Notes: a model not told the origin generated them from the sequence alone. DNA of 64,000 nucleotides from Octopus sinensis (GCF_006345805.1 NC_043010.1:17298001-17362000), one strand, 5' to 3'; numbered from the stretch's first letter, positions 13,019 through 25,500 are shown. Program-made: numbers and translations.

Positions 13019-13998
13019 GTCAGTTTTATCAAGCCCAGCATCTTTGCCCAGTACTTTTATTAACCATCAGCTCATCTAGTTTATTTCGTAAAATTTCACT
13101 CACGGTATCTGTAAGCACAAAGCAATGATACATGATACTTGCCCTTGGTGCAGCACAAAGAGAGAGAGAGAGAGAAAGAAAGAGAAAGAAACAGTTATTA
13201 CTTTATTAGTAAAAAAATATGGCAAAAATGTGTAGCGAGAGCACTGACATCTGAAGCCCATAAAATATGTATAGAGGACTAAGTGCAATATAGATTCAAT
13301 CTATATGGAATATATAGACAGGATTGAAAATGTAGTATGTTGACAGTGTGTGTGTGTGTGTATGTATATATATATATGAACACATATACAAGTGCATGTC
13401 TGTCTATAACACAGTGGAATAAAATTTTGATGTTTTTTTGTCTTTGGTTTTAATAAGTGTTATTTCCTATTTGCTTCTCTCCAGAAATCAAAGAAAATAA
13501 TTGCTATTCCCTTCAAACTTTGCTTTTATGACTTGGACGTTGATGTTCTTAAACTCACCTATTTTCCATTATATTCTAGACAGATTCAGCACTGAGTTGC
13601 TCAAGCAGAAATATCGTTATGGCAAATATTCTGCTCAATAGCACAGATCTGCTTGAACGTAACTACTTGAGCATGTCCTCAGTGGCTGACAACGTATGCA
13701 GCTCTGATGATGAGCAGGTTTGAAGGAAATATTAACCATTTTTCATACTTTTTCCTAGGAGTCAGCAAATAGGAAATAACAGTTGCTACCAAATGACAAA
13801 AATCATATTGCAATGTAATCTAAATGGCAGAAATCTACCAGAAGAAAAGAAAATCTCCTGTTCTCCAATTCTTTTTTTAAAATTTTCTTACAGAAGATCT
13901 GACATTTGTCATAAGTTGAGGGCCCAGAATGGTTCTCTTTAAAGATATTCTGATTCAAAATTTAATCACAAAATCAAACAAAAAACATTATATATATT

Positions 13999-15141
13999 CT
14001 AGGTAATAGAGACTTTATTTATTTGTTGTGAAGAGCTAGCAATGATATAGTTATCATTGTCCACTGTACCTGTGCAGGGCCTCACTTTCAAGTGTCTCTT
14101 CATGTGTCGGTTAAGAATACTGTTGAGGGCAAATTTTTTACCACAAACTTTACACTCGTACAACAATTCTCGGGTGTGTATTTTTATGTGGATGTTACAA
14201 CTACTGTTTCGAGAGAAGCTCTTACCACAGATATAGCAGCTGTAGGGCATTTCACCTGTGTGGGTGCGCAAATGGCGCTTCAGGATACTACTGACAGTAA
14301 AACTTTTCTCACACACTTCACACTGATAGGGTCGCTCCCCTGTGTGACTTCTCATATGTACGCGTAAGTTTCCTTTGCGAGAAAACCTCTTCTTGCACAC
14401 CTCACATTCATATGGGGTCTCCTTCGTGTGAACACGCCAATGAAGCTTCAGTGTGCTGTCACGAGAGAAACTCTTTTCACAGAATTCACAATGGTAAGGT
14501 GTCTCGCCTGTATGTACCCTCATGTGGCGCTTTAATAGACTGCTGACAGAAAACCTCTTTTCACACACTTTGCAGCCGTATGGTTTCTCCCCCGTGTGTG
14601 TTCGCATGTGTACATTGAGGCCATTTTTGCGGACAAACTCCTTTTCACAAACGTTACATTTGAACATCGTACGATGTGTATGAATCTGAATGTGGCGATT
14701 AAGGGCAGTGTTCTTAGGGAAGCTCTTGTTACAAATTCTGCAACGATATGGTCTTTCAAATGGATGCTTTCGACCATGCTGCCTTAACAGGTTACCATCT
14801 GGAAACTTCCCATCACCAGCATCTCCCGTATGTGATGCAAGGTGTATTCTCAAAAGAGCCCGGCAGGGAAACTCCTTTTTACAACGTTCACAAGTGTTTA
14901 CTCGTGTGTTTAAAATGTTATCTGAACTTTTATTTTCAGTGCTAGACTTACATTTATTTGTAAAAGGATCATCTCTTTGGCCAACAAAATCAGTGATTTG
15001 GTCAAAACCTTGTTCTGCATTTTCTTTCGCACCAATTTCTTCTGTGTGAGTTCGAAGATGTTGCTTCAGAAACAATCTTTGAGAAAACTGTTTCCCACAA
15101 ATATCACAGGAAAAAATGAGTTTTCGGGACGATTTCACCAT
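13999..15141 (-). CDS. C2H2 zinc-finger protein A (380 aa; 10 canonical fingers plus 1 degenerate finger)
   Basis: Intact ORF with CxxC..F..L..HxxxH repeats and TGEKPY-type linkers. Polypyrimidine/AG acceptor at 15151-15152 with an in-frame TGA between acceptor and ATG, so the CDS lies in one exon. Confidence 0.92.
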   Translation of the reverse strand: MVKSSRKLIFSCDICGKQFSQRLFLKQHLRTHTEEIGAKENAEQGFDQITDFVGQRDDPFTNKCKSSTENKSSDNILNTRVNTCERCKKEFPCRALLRIHLASHTGDAGDGKFPDGNLLRQHGRKHPFERPYRCRICNKSFPKNTALNRHIQIHTHRTMFKCNVCEKEFVRKNGLNVHMRTHTGEKPYGCKVCEKRFSVSSLLKRHMRVHTGETPYHCEFCEKSFSRDSTLKLHWRVHTKETPYECEVCKKRFSRKGNLRVHMRSHTGERPYQCEVCEKSFTVSSILKRHLRTHTGEMPYSCYICGKSFSRNSSCNIHIKIHTRELLYECKVCGKKFALNSILNRHMKRHLKVRPCTGTVDNDNYIIASSSQQINKVSIT

Positions 15142-15311
15142 GATTCTTCACTGTCAGAGAATGAGAAAAAAAATAAAAATAAAAAAGAAATACTACTACT
15201 ACTAATAATAATCTTTTACTGGCCACAAAAGCCCAAGACATTGATTACTGTACAAAGACGAAATAGAAAAGGAAATGGTGGTGGGCTTACACTGGGTCAA
15301 CAAAACAAGGA

Positions 15312-15530
15312 TATTCATTTCTTTACTACCCACAAGGGGCTAAACACAGACAGACAAAGGGATTAAGTCGATTACATCGACCCCAGTGCGTAACTGGTAC
15401 TTAATTTATCAACCCCGAAAGGATGAAAGGCAAAGTCGACCTCAGCGGAATTTGAACTCGGAACGTAACGACAGACGAAATACGGCTACGCATTTCGCCC
15501 GGTGTGCTAACGTTTCTGCCAGCTTGCCAA
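15312..15530 (-). mobile_element. tRNA-derived SINE, family 2 (Meta/MESC-like central domain)
   Basis: Reverse complement reads GGCAAGCTGGCAGAAACGTTAGCAC...GAGTTCAAATTCCGCTGAGGTCGACTTTGCCTTTCATCCTTTCGGGGTTGATAAATTAAGTACCAG. The superfamily assignment is from memory only. Confidence 0.8.
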
Positions 15531-16514
15531 CAAAACAAGGATATTAGTAAACAAATAATAAAAACAACAAAAACCTAAGAAGGGAGGATCAAACAAGCAA
15601 AAGAGCAACAGAATGAGGTGAGTTATATTTGTGTCAGCACACAATCTCAGATGATTTGAACACAGCAAAAGTAGAGGAAATGCCTTTTCCCAATTATTGC
15701 TGCCAGTCTCTAGTACCATATTTTTTTTGAAATATTTTTGATTTGTTTCAATTAAATTTTGAAAATAACTGTCATTATTAAAATGCTATTCTTTTTCTCT
15801 CACTAAAGCAGACAGTGTAGTCTTAGCTGAAAGCCAATTCCATTCTGCAAGTGGCAGTTGCTGTTTGACATCAACACACAAATCAACATTGCAGGAACAC
15901 AAATGGTTTCAGTATCCTGCAGACATCTTGGGCATAAGTCTTGTGTGGGTCAAACCCAAAAAGATCTTATGCTAAACAGCTGAAACCTTACTCCCCCCCC
16001 CCCCACCACCAATAGAGAATACACTGCTCTCATCTACCTCCAGAAGTACTTCTGGGCTCTTGTCATGCGTATCATTCCTAATACTTTACACAATGTGAGG
16101 CCAGACTTTCTGCTGACCACATAGTCCAACTGGTAGAGAGTTGTGTGTCTAGCAACACTTTAGATGCTTAACACCCAACACTGGTCAGTACCTTCACTCA
16201 GAATCATAGCTCAATCAAAGAGATGAGCTGCAAACAGCACAGTAAGCGTTACCAATTCACCAATTTCCAGGAACCTCTGTGTATCAGTCACAACATCTTG
16301 AGACCCTTATGTAGTGGGAGTAACAGTAAATGGACTTCTAGACCAGCAAAGCTTGACTCTTTTACACAAAAAGAGTGTATGCTCTGGTCAGATGTCTCCT
16401 GAGACAAGGCCTGATCTTCAGGCTGTGGTGCATCACAAAAATACTCACAATTCTGTATAACAAAAATAATAATGCTTCATCATTGAAGAAACTTTTGGCT
16501 CATGCCCCATCTGG

Positions 16515-17860
16515 TGTAGGCCTGGCTGTGTGGTTAAGAAGTTTGCTTCCCAACCTCGTGGTTTCTGGTTCAGTTCCACCGCACAGCTCCATGGACAAAT
16601 GTCTTTTACTATGCCCCAGGCTGAGCAAACCCTTGCAGGGAGATTTGGTAGAGACACTGAAAGAAGCCTGCCGTATGTATGCATGTGTGTGTGTTCTTGA
16701 TTTGGCTTACTTGTTTCAGTCAGTTGACTGTGACCATGCTGGAGCACCGCCTTTAGTTGAGCTAATCGACCCCAGGACTTATTCTTTGTAAGCCTAGTAG
16801 TTATTCTATCGGATTCTTTTGCTGAACCGCTAAGTTATGAGGACATAAACACACCAGCATCGGTTGTCAAATGATGTTGAGGGTTCAAACACAGACACAC
16901 ACATATATGACGGGCTTCTTTCAGTTTCCGTCTACCAAATCCACTCACACACACACACATACACAACAGGTCTCTTGGGAAAGTGTCTTCTACTATAGCC
17001 TCGGCCTGACCGAAGCCTTACCTGAGGATGGTAAGAAGTTAATCTTTAAATAAACGACTACACACTCATCATTATCACTTCCACTTTTCTCTGCTCACAT
17101 GGATCAAACAGAATTTATTGAGGCAGATGGACGATGCCCTTCCTGTCACCAACCCTTACCTGTTTCCAAGGAAGGGTCAAGATTTCCTTCCCCATGGCCA
17201 AACATGTTTTCAAGGAAGAATGGAAACAAAGTACATAACCTGCATGACAATGGCATTTGTTAACCGTCACCCAATGTCGACATTAGGAGAGAGAGAGAGA
17301 GAGCAATAAACACACCAGAAACCTGTTTTTAGTTTCCATCTACCAAATCCATTCACAATGCTTTGAGTGGCCCTTAGTGAAGAAGTCTCTTGCCCAAGAT
17401 TCCACACAGTGGGACACAACCCTAAACCATAGAGTTGGGAAGCAACCTTCTTACCACACAGCCACACCAGCACCTCTTATTCTTTTACTTGTTTCAGTCA
17501 TTTGACTGTGGCCATGCTGGAGCACCGCCTTGAATGGTTTTAGTCAAAGAAATCGAATCCAAGACTTATTCTTTGTAAGCCCGTTACTTATTCTATCAGT
17601 CTCTTTTGCCGAACTGCTAAGTCATGGGGACGTAAACACACCATCTCCGGTTGTCAAGCAGTGATGGGACACATACAGATATATACATACATATATATAT
17701 ATACACACACACACACAACAGGTTTCTTTCAGTTTCCACCTCCCAAGTTGTGGTCGACCCGGGGCTATAGTAGAAGACATTTGCCCAAAGTGTCACGCAG
17801 TGGGACTAAACCCAGAACTATGTGGTTGGGAAGCAAGCTTCTAAACACACAGCCACACTT
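16515..17860. mobile_element. Cluster of SINE family 1 fragments in both orientations
   Basis: Plus-strand head at ~16515-16690; minus-strand pieces at ~16705-17030, ~17320-17470 and ~17480-17860. Confidence 0.75.
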
Positions 17861-17879
17861 CTCTTCCGAGATTAGGATT

Positions 17880-18150
17880 TCTATATTTTGATTTAGTAAA
17901 AGCTCTTCCAAAAGTCGGTGAAAAGTTTCCAACTTTGTGTGAGATCTGTTCTGTTGTTGCCAGGCGATGGAACAAGCCTCCTCCTTCGTTTCAAGTGCAG
18001 AAGGTAGCTGCAAACCAGCTTGTTTTCTCTGCCAGTCTGCCTGTGATTCCACCACATCTCATGTGTCCATAGCTTACAGTGCGTACAGCTTAAGGAGTCC
18101 AAACTGATTTCTTTTCTGCATATCGAACAAGTCAATTTCCCTGATGCTAC
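17880..18150 (-). mobile_element. Decayed RTE fragment (PHD-like segment)
   Basis: CSICRKEISLDSLSCTHCKLWTH matches the Cys-rich insert of the RTE at 31543-31674. Confidence 0.7.
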
Positions 18151-18757
18151 CAGCGGTTTTTTCTTATTGATATTTCAGTAAATTGAAAGAAAACGGAAAG
18201 CATTGTGGTTCCAATAGGGCAGAACACTGTCTAGACATGGTTTAAGCCGAAAAAATCATAAATGCGTATCTAAAAACATGACTTTCAAATCTCTAATATT
18301 TTAAAAACCACATGGCGGCCTTACTATAAAGAAAATTTAATATTTCTTTCCATAAGGAATCTTTTCGGATTTCAGGGAAACAGGAAAAAGCCGAGCCGCT
18401 GACGACGGGATTTGTGTGAGGAGGACCGAACTAAGTGCATGGAGGCTGCAAGATAACATCGATTGCTTCCAAAGGGTGTGTGTGACATGCCCCTGTACTG
18501 GCCCCTCTCTGTGTGGGGCTCACATTCCATTAACAGATAGAACCTTCAGATATATATATATGTGTGTGTGGATGCATAGTGACCCATCAGGAGCAATAAC
18601 AATACAACCGCAAATAAAATAGATGTACGTTGATCTAGTCTAAATTCAAAAATAAACTTTGTTATGAAATGCCATTACTACTACTACTACTACCACCACC
18701 ATTATTATTACTATTATTATTATTATTGCAGCTGCTGCTGCTGTTTTTAACACTTAC

Positions 18758-18860
18758 CTTTTTGGCAGACGTCGACAGAGCTCGAGCGAAGCGCAAGACG
18801 GTGACGAAACAAAAAGTCCCCAATAGAATAACATTCTACTAACGTCTAAGCATTGAATGT
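18758..18860 (-). promoter_or_regulatory. Inferred non-coding exon 1 / TSS region of ZNF gene A
   Basis: Consensus donor AAG|GTAAGT (intron starts 18757) at the edge of a CpG-rich stretch; pairs with the acceptor at 15151-15152. Inference only. Confidence 0.55.
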
Positions 18861-18869
18861 GTTCAATAT

Positions 18870-19400
18870 TGAGCCACGTTCAAATTTCACCGAAGTCGAC
18901 TTTGCCGTTCATCCTGGTACTACTTGAGAACATTGGTCCCGGTGCGCGCACTCGCGCAAGCTAGTCATGACTAGTCGATCCTTACTTTGTTTTTGTGTGT
19001 TATTTACTTTGTGTTTTATTTACTTTGTTTAACAAAAATTATTTATTTTGTGTTTTATTTACTTTGCTACGGGTGGAAATACCGGATGCATTTCAAAAAA
19101 GTGTTTTTTTTTATATATGGGGGGGGGTAGGATTTGTGTTAGGGTTAGGGGTGGGAGAAAGGTTTTCTGTTATCTTCAGAAATGTAAACAAAGTCACGTG
19201 TGTACATATACCGAAGCATTGCCTTGCTATGTAGTCGTTGTAGGATCGACTAGTTACGACTAGCTAGCGCGGATGCGCGACTACGCGAGTGCGCGCACCG
19301 GGACCACTGTTCTCGAGTAGTACCTTTCATCCTTTGGCGGGGTCGATGAAAAAGTACCAGTTGAACACTGGGCTCGATGTAATCGATTCACTAATTTCCC
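18870..19400 (+). mobile_element. SINE family 2 copy interrupted by MITE family 2
   Basis: GTTCAAATTTCACCGAAGTCGACTTTGCCGTTCATCCT, then the MITE, then TTTCATCCTTTGGCGGGGTCGATGAAAAAGTACCAG. Confidence 0.8.
18916..19324 (+). mobile_element. MITE family 2 (~40-bp TIR, TTAGGG core, probable 9-bp TSD; MULE-like)
   Basis: TIR GGTACTACTTGAGAACATTGGTCCCGGTGCGCGCACTCGCG / CGCGAGTGCGCGCACCGGGACCACTGTTCTCGAGTAGTACC; flanks GTTCATCCT and TTTCATCCT. Confidence 0.85.
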
Positions 19401-22400
19401 AGGATTGCTGGCCTTGTGCCAAAATTTTAAACCAGTATTTCCCGAAGTACAAGTCGCACCAAGAGAAAGTCAGTTATTCGATTTATTTTGTGATATAGTA
19501 TAAATAATTCCATTTTTTTATTAATTAGAAATAAGGAGTGAGATCGTTGATTGAACCTATCTCAACATGTAGTGTAAATTTACAATTTAGAAAGAAGAAG
19601 AAATCCGTTCTGCTTCATATTAACTCGGTTAACTCAGACCCAAAATTGACGTAGGAGATTAAGTGACATTCATACTTTTCCAAGATTACTGACGACTCCA
19701 AAGTAATAAATTTAGAAAATCGAAAGGCAGAATTTACAGCATTTGGCTCTGAATTTATTTCAGTCAGACACCAAGACCCAGATTTATAAAGCAATTATAA
19801 TAAGAGATACAAACTGTATAGAGTGAAGTTCGTGGTTCCATCCTGATTCGTCTCGTGATTAAAGATACCTATTCATCGGTCTTTATAATGTGACTTTTTA
19901 TGAGACACATGATTGATTTCATGGTGAGAGTATTGATTATTGAACAGACTTCAATAGATTCCCAAACCCATTGGAACAGATTGGTCTGTTGAATAATGAA
20001 GGTTTATCTTGGCGATACTTCATTATAACTCCAAATTTCAAATTGAAACAAAATAAATGAACAAAAAAAAACCCAAAAAAACACTAAGACTGAAAATTTG
20101 TTTGAATATATATATGTACAAGTATTTGAACACTTTCTCAATTATTTCTTCCAATATACAGTTTTCAAAGAATGTATTCTTTCTGAAAAATATTTCTCTG
20201 CTCCAATCTAACCCGAATCTTAATGCTTAGTTGAAGACAAATTAATAATTCCAAGAGGTGAAGTATTTCCCGACAAACTACGTATTGTTAAATGGCTTGA
20301 ATTCTTGAAATCCATTTCATAATAAATCCATGTTCTTTAGCTCAGGCCACTGGTTCGCAAAAATTTACTCTTAGACAACACATCATGCTATATAGTTAAA
20401 CGATTTTGTAGATGAAAATTTAATTATTTCAATATTTGAAATATGCAATAAAACAAATATAAGTTCATGAGACACAATTTTATCTTTTAAATGGATTCTG
20501 TATTTATCAATCACAGACAGCAGAGTAGTTAAGATCACTCCCCAACCAAGTACTTCTAGGTTCAATCTCCAGAGTGGCAGCACGTCGTCTGCTACAAAAG
20601 CCTCTAACTGACCAAAGCCTTATGAGTGGAAGCCCCCCATATACATGTGTTTCTCCTTGTGAAAGTTGTAAAGGAGTATCACTGTCATACATTTCCAATC
20701 TTATGCCAAAATCATGTCCAGTCATTGGGGGGGGGGGCAGATGAGGGTTAGCTAACACGAAATGCATCTTGCTGCAGAAAACCTGCCTCAATGAATTTCA
20801 TCTCACCCCTGATGAAAGCATTGAAAAGTGGATGTAAAGATGAAGAGGAGGCAGTCGGTTCCCTGATTAGTTTCTACAGGCAATGTGTTCCAAGCCAGAC
20901 TAGGAGCAATCTTCATGCAAGCCACATATACTCTGGTCATTTTTTCTAAGCTATGTTGCAGCACTGTTCACCACGAACTCAAAACCTACCAATGCAGGGT
21001 CATTGCTAAAACAGTCTCTGAAAATTGTCCCAACCTAGTGATTACTGTTAATAAAAAATAATACATTGGGCCAATACTGAATTCCAGACCGTGAAATGCT
21101 AAATTGACCAAAGCTAAACCTTAAAACTGTATGCAAGGCTTAGTCTATTGTTTAACAATTGAAATTAGGAAAGCAAACCAACTTGTGAGTATTGTAAAGT
21201 CTGGTGCCAGATGAAAAGCACCAAAGTCCACTCTGTGAAGTGGTTAGCATTAGAAAGGGAATCCAGCCATAGAAACTAGGTCAAAGAGAGACAAATGGAA
21301 CCTGGTGTAGCTCTCTGGCTGGTCAGTTCCTGTTGAACAGTCCAACCCATGCCAGCATGGAAAACAGACGTGTGATGATGTACTAAGTCTCATTCAAAGT
21401 TGAAATTTTAAAAAAATTATCCTTGGAGTGATGAAAGTAGAGCAATGCTAATGATTCCACAGGCTCTCTGAGACTAGCAGGAGGGCAAGGAGGAGGAAGG
21501 GCATTCTCAAACTGAACATTAGGCCTGAAAGCAACAGAGTGGACTCTGCTAAAGTCATCTAAAGTGCCAAGTGGTGGCATTAAACCAAGGGATGTATTAA
21601 GTCCACAACTCCACATGCAGTTTGGTAGTCTAGTCTGCTGAACTACATCAGCTGAACAAACCACTCTACTACTACTACTACAAAATGAGACGATGCCAGA
21701 AATTAAAAGAAATTTGACTTCCTGGTCCTCAAAGATATAAATGGAATGAGAGATGCTTGTTATATCCAGAGCCTTTGCTCTCTATGTAGACATTAGATTC
21801 ATCCACTGTGTTTTATATATCAGTCTACCATTTGTTGAGATGTGTCTAGGTTTATTATGAGGCAACGTCACTCACAGAAAATATAAATTCTATGTTTTTT
21901 GGTTGATAATAATACCATTACGAGAATGACTGTGAAATTTAATTACAGTTAAAGGATTAAATCTACCCCTATCCAAAGAGGCAGCTCTCAGCCAGATACA
22001 ACCTGACAACCATCATTGGAATAAAATTTGTGCTCAGCCCATCATGGAATCATAGTAACAACATCTCAGAATGGGTTTCATGATGGCTAGTCTGATTAGA
22101 TCTTCCACTTTCTGAAATGTCTGATTAATTGCTGACTATAAACAGTTACACAGTAAATCTACAGACAAACGAGGATAAAACGAAATACTTACTGAGAGTT
22201 TTAAGATGATTTATTATTAAGTCAACAGGTAAAAGAGGCTTTCAGTCACATGTGAGTTCTTCAGTGACCATCAACCCATGGGTCAAGAGTTCATATCCAA
22301 CATAAGTAGTTTGTTGTGCCAAAGAAGAGCAGATCCTAGTTTTCTTCCGGAAATGTAAACTGTGAGAAGCCGACATCATATTAAGAGGAAATTTTATTTC

Positions 22401-22755
22401 ATATTTGTTTGATGCCAGAGACTAAAATGAAACATTGGAACCAACGGGTTGCAATGAAGAGATTAAACTATTTACTACAGCTCACTTATGTTAGTTACTG
22501 TTACACTGTATCAATTAGCATCATGTTAATATCTCCACTCTAGAATGATCAATCACTTAAATCAATAGATCTTGTGATAAATGCATCACCTTCACAGTAC
22601 TCGACACAGCCGTACCATTTCCAGATTGAAATGAGATGAATCAATAATATATTTCTGTGCAAATAATCATCAAATTTTAGGATTTAGAAAACACCTTTTT
22701 TTAAGTTAGGAGATGATTACCACTTGTTACATTTTGTCTCCAACAGGAGAGATGG

Positions 22756-23283
22756 TCATCCATGGTTAGTGTATTCTCTGCTACAATAATCACTGAAGCC
22801 ATTGACAGGTCTTTTCATCCTTGACTGCAGCAGAAAATTACGTTTAAAATGCAATTTCAAATGCAATTTTAGAAGTAGCAGCTTTGAGAAGTTCTGTTCA
22901 CATTTTGGACATTGAAAAGTTTTCTTTCCGTGTAATTTTTTGTGTTTCACCAAACAGAAGTCATTCAGAAAGTCTTTATCGCACACTTCACAGTGGAATG
23001 GCTTTTGTGTTGAATGTAGAAGTTGATGTAGTTTTAATGTAAAATCTGAGACAAAAGTCTTGTCACATGACGTACAATTGAACTGTTTTGAATTCTCCAT
23101 TGCAGTATGTGAAGCTTTGTGCATCTTCAGGTAGCTGTTGTTTAAGAAATCTTTGTTACACACATAACAATGAAATGACTTTGGTTTGTGATGGAAACGT
23201 TGGTGAACTTGTAAGGTGAACTCCGAGACAAAATCCATCTGACACATAAAGCAATGAAAAGATTTCTTTTCAGCTAAGTTCAT
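22756..23283 (-). CDS. C2H2 zinc-finger protein B (175 aa; 5 atypical fingers)
   Basis: Intact ORF with five CxxC..F..L..HxxxH units and non-TGEKP linkers; acceptor T-rich-GCAG|CTGCCATG (AG at 23289-23290). Confidence 0.85.
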   Translation of the reverse strand: MNLAEKKSFHCFMCQMDFVSEFTLQVHQRFHHKPKSFHCYVCNKDFLNNSYLKMHKASHTAMENSKQFNCTSCDKTFVSDFTLKLHQLLHSTQKPFHCEVCDKDFLNDFCLVKHKKLHGKKTFQCPKCEQNFSKLLLLKLHLKLHFKRNFLLQSRMKRPVNGFSDYCSREYTNHG

Positions 23284-24874
23284 GGCAGCTGCAAAAAAAA
23301 AAAATAAATAAAGAAATGGTTTTGTATCAAAATATCAAAGATTGCAATAAGACATCATTAAAATATAGGAACGAGAATATAAAACCATTTTAGTTGGAAA
23401 ACTACAAGTTTCTTGACCATCATATAGTGTGCCCTGAACAAGGCACTGATAAATTGTCACTTTTAATCATCAGTCAACATAAATAAGGAAAGAATAAAAA
23501 GCTTTTAAAGGAGCCAATTAAACGGGCCTCACCCCTGTCATTTTGACTTGCTAAATACATCAGCTAAACCTAACTTCTACATAAGTAACAAAAAAAAACC
23601 AAAACTCTACACCCAGTGAAAGGTCAACTACTTAAATGGTGACCTCATGACATTTCTCATGAGCCTCTTCTCTAGAAAAATCCATTTACACCCAAACAGC
23701 CAATAGTTATTTAAACAAAACTTTTTGGATGTGTGGAAGTATAAATTTATAAAATAGCAGCAACCTCAGGGACTCAAACAGTCTAAACTTTGAAAGTTCA
23801 CACAAAGCAAAATAGAAAATTATTTTCTCGTTCAAAATTATGAGAACCTAAATTTCTCCAATTCTACTTATATATGTATTTTTTTAAACTCCATCCACCT
23901 ATTTAAGATGCGCTAGCTTCAAGGTGGTACCCCAGCATGGCCACAATCTAATGATTGAAACAATTGATATACATACACACAGGTGGGCACCATTAATCGA
24001 AAAGCTAACTTCGTTAATCTCTTAATTCTTTGAAAATTTAACTGATGTTCACGTTAACTTTTACTGAAAAAGGCATAACTACAGTTTAATACCCCACCGA
24101 TTTTGTTGCATAATTTCCAGAATATTATATACTTTTTAATGAAATTCACCAAATAATTGCTTATATCCTGTAGATTGAGTGTATGTAAAGATTTATAAGA
24201 AAAAATTTCTGAAAGGTTGGAGAGAGGAGTTTTGGAAAATTCACAGGACCCAACATTTTCCCCCTCAAAACTTTCTGAAAAATAGGTATTTTTTACTGAA
24301 ATTTTATACAAATACCTTTCAAAGGGCGTAGATTATGATTACAAAGAAATTTGTAGGCAATATTTTTGAAAGGGGGCGAGGGGAGGAGTTTCTGGAAAAT
24401 GGAGTTTCGGATCAGATGGCCCACATAAGTTAGAATTTCTCCATTTTGACAGGGATTTTTCCAATGCTTTTCAATGAAATCTTCAGAATGATTGGAAGCA
24501 TCTTTTCATATAAAAAAAAAAAAGAAAGAAAATATTTTCAAAAAAATTTTTTTTCCCACTCCAAAACGATTTTGGCCATTTTTTTTTTCACTTTGCACTT
24601 AAAACCCGTGAGAAAAACATTTTCGGTTTAAAAACAAAAAAAAATTCAATTTCTGAGGAAAATGTGTGATTTAAGGGAGATCTGGCTGTTGTTTCTAGCA
24701 TATCCCAAAACCTCCCTCCTCATTTCTTTCTCATTCACACAACTATTGATATTTTTCAATATTTTTCTACCCATAAACAAATTTTATGGAATGATATCAA
24801 AGTAACTCACATGTAGTCCTAACTAAGTGAGACCATGTTATGTGTGTGTGTGTAAGAAAAAAAACACCTTTAAT

Positions 24875-25500
24875 CATCATCATCATCATCATTTAACGTC
24901 CGCTTTCCATGCTAGCATGGGTTGGACGGTTCAACTGGGGTCTGGGGAGCCCGAAAGCTGCACCAGTCCAGTCAGATCTGGCAGTGTTTCTACAGCTGGA
25001 TGCCCTTCCTAATGCCAACCACTCCGAGAGTGTAGTGGGTGATTTTATGTGTCACCGACACAGGTGCCAGACGAGGCTGGCAAACGGCCACGCTCGGATG
25101 GTGTTTTTTATGTGCCACCGACACAGGTGCCAGACGAGGCTGGCAGACAGCCACGCTCGGATGGTGTTTTTTATGTGCCACCGACACAGGTGCCAGACGA
25201 GGCTGGCAAACGGCCACGCTCGGATGGTGTTTTTTATGTGCCACCGACACAGGTGCCAGACGAGGCTGGCAAACGGCCACGATCGGATGGTGTTTGTTAC
25301 GTGCCCACAGCACGGAGGCCAGTCGATGCGGTACTAGCTACAGCCACGTTCAGATGGTTTTCTTGTGTGCCACGTGCCACCGGCACTGGTACCACAAAGA
25401 TACAAATTCCATTGATGTTCATCTATTTTGATTTGTTTTGATTTTCACTTGCCTCAACAGGTCTTCACAAGTGTCACAAGAAGGAAGGTAAGCACAGGTG
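24875..25500 (-). mobile_element. RTE 3'-UTR copy with ~4 near-identical ~60-bp tandem units
   Basis: Unit TTTTATGTGCCACCGACACAGGTGCCAGACGAGGCTGGCAAACGGCCACGCTCGGATGGTG repeated across ~25043-25290; (CAT)n terminus at ~24875. Confidence 0.85.

Noticed and set aside
13460-13900. Plus-strand acceptor-like sites (CAG at 13482-13484 and 13891-13893) suggesting an antisense transcript
   Set aside because: Polypyrimidine-AG is common by chance in this AT-rich DNA, and no matching donors were identified.
20805-20835. CTGATGA...GAAA hammerhead-like core (also CTGATGA at ~13705, ~37880 and ~45535)
   Set aside because: No adequate stem I, II or III pairing; the sites lie within other repeats.
24909-25441. 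Four overlapping 107-142-aa ORFs with repeated peptides
   Set aside because: They arise from a stop-free ~60-bp tandem repeat in a retroelement UTR; no coding signal.
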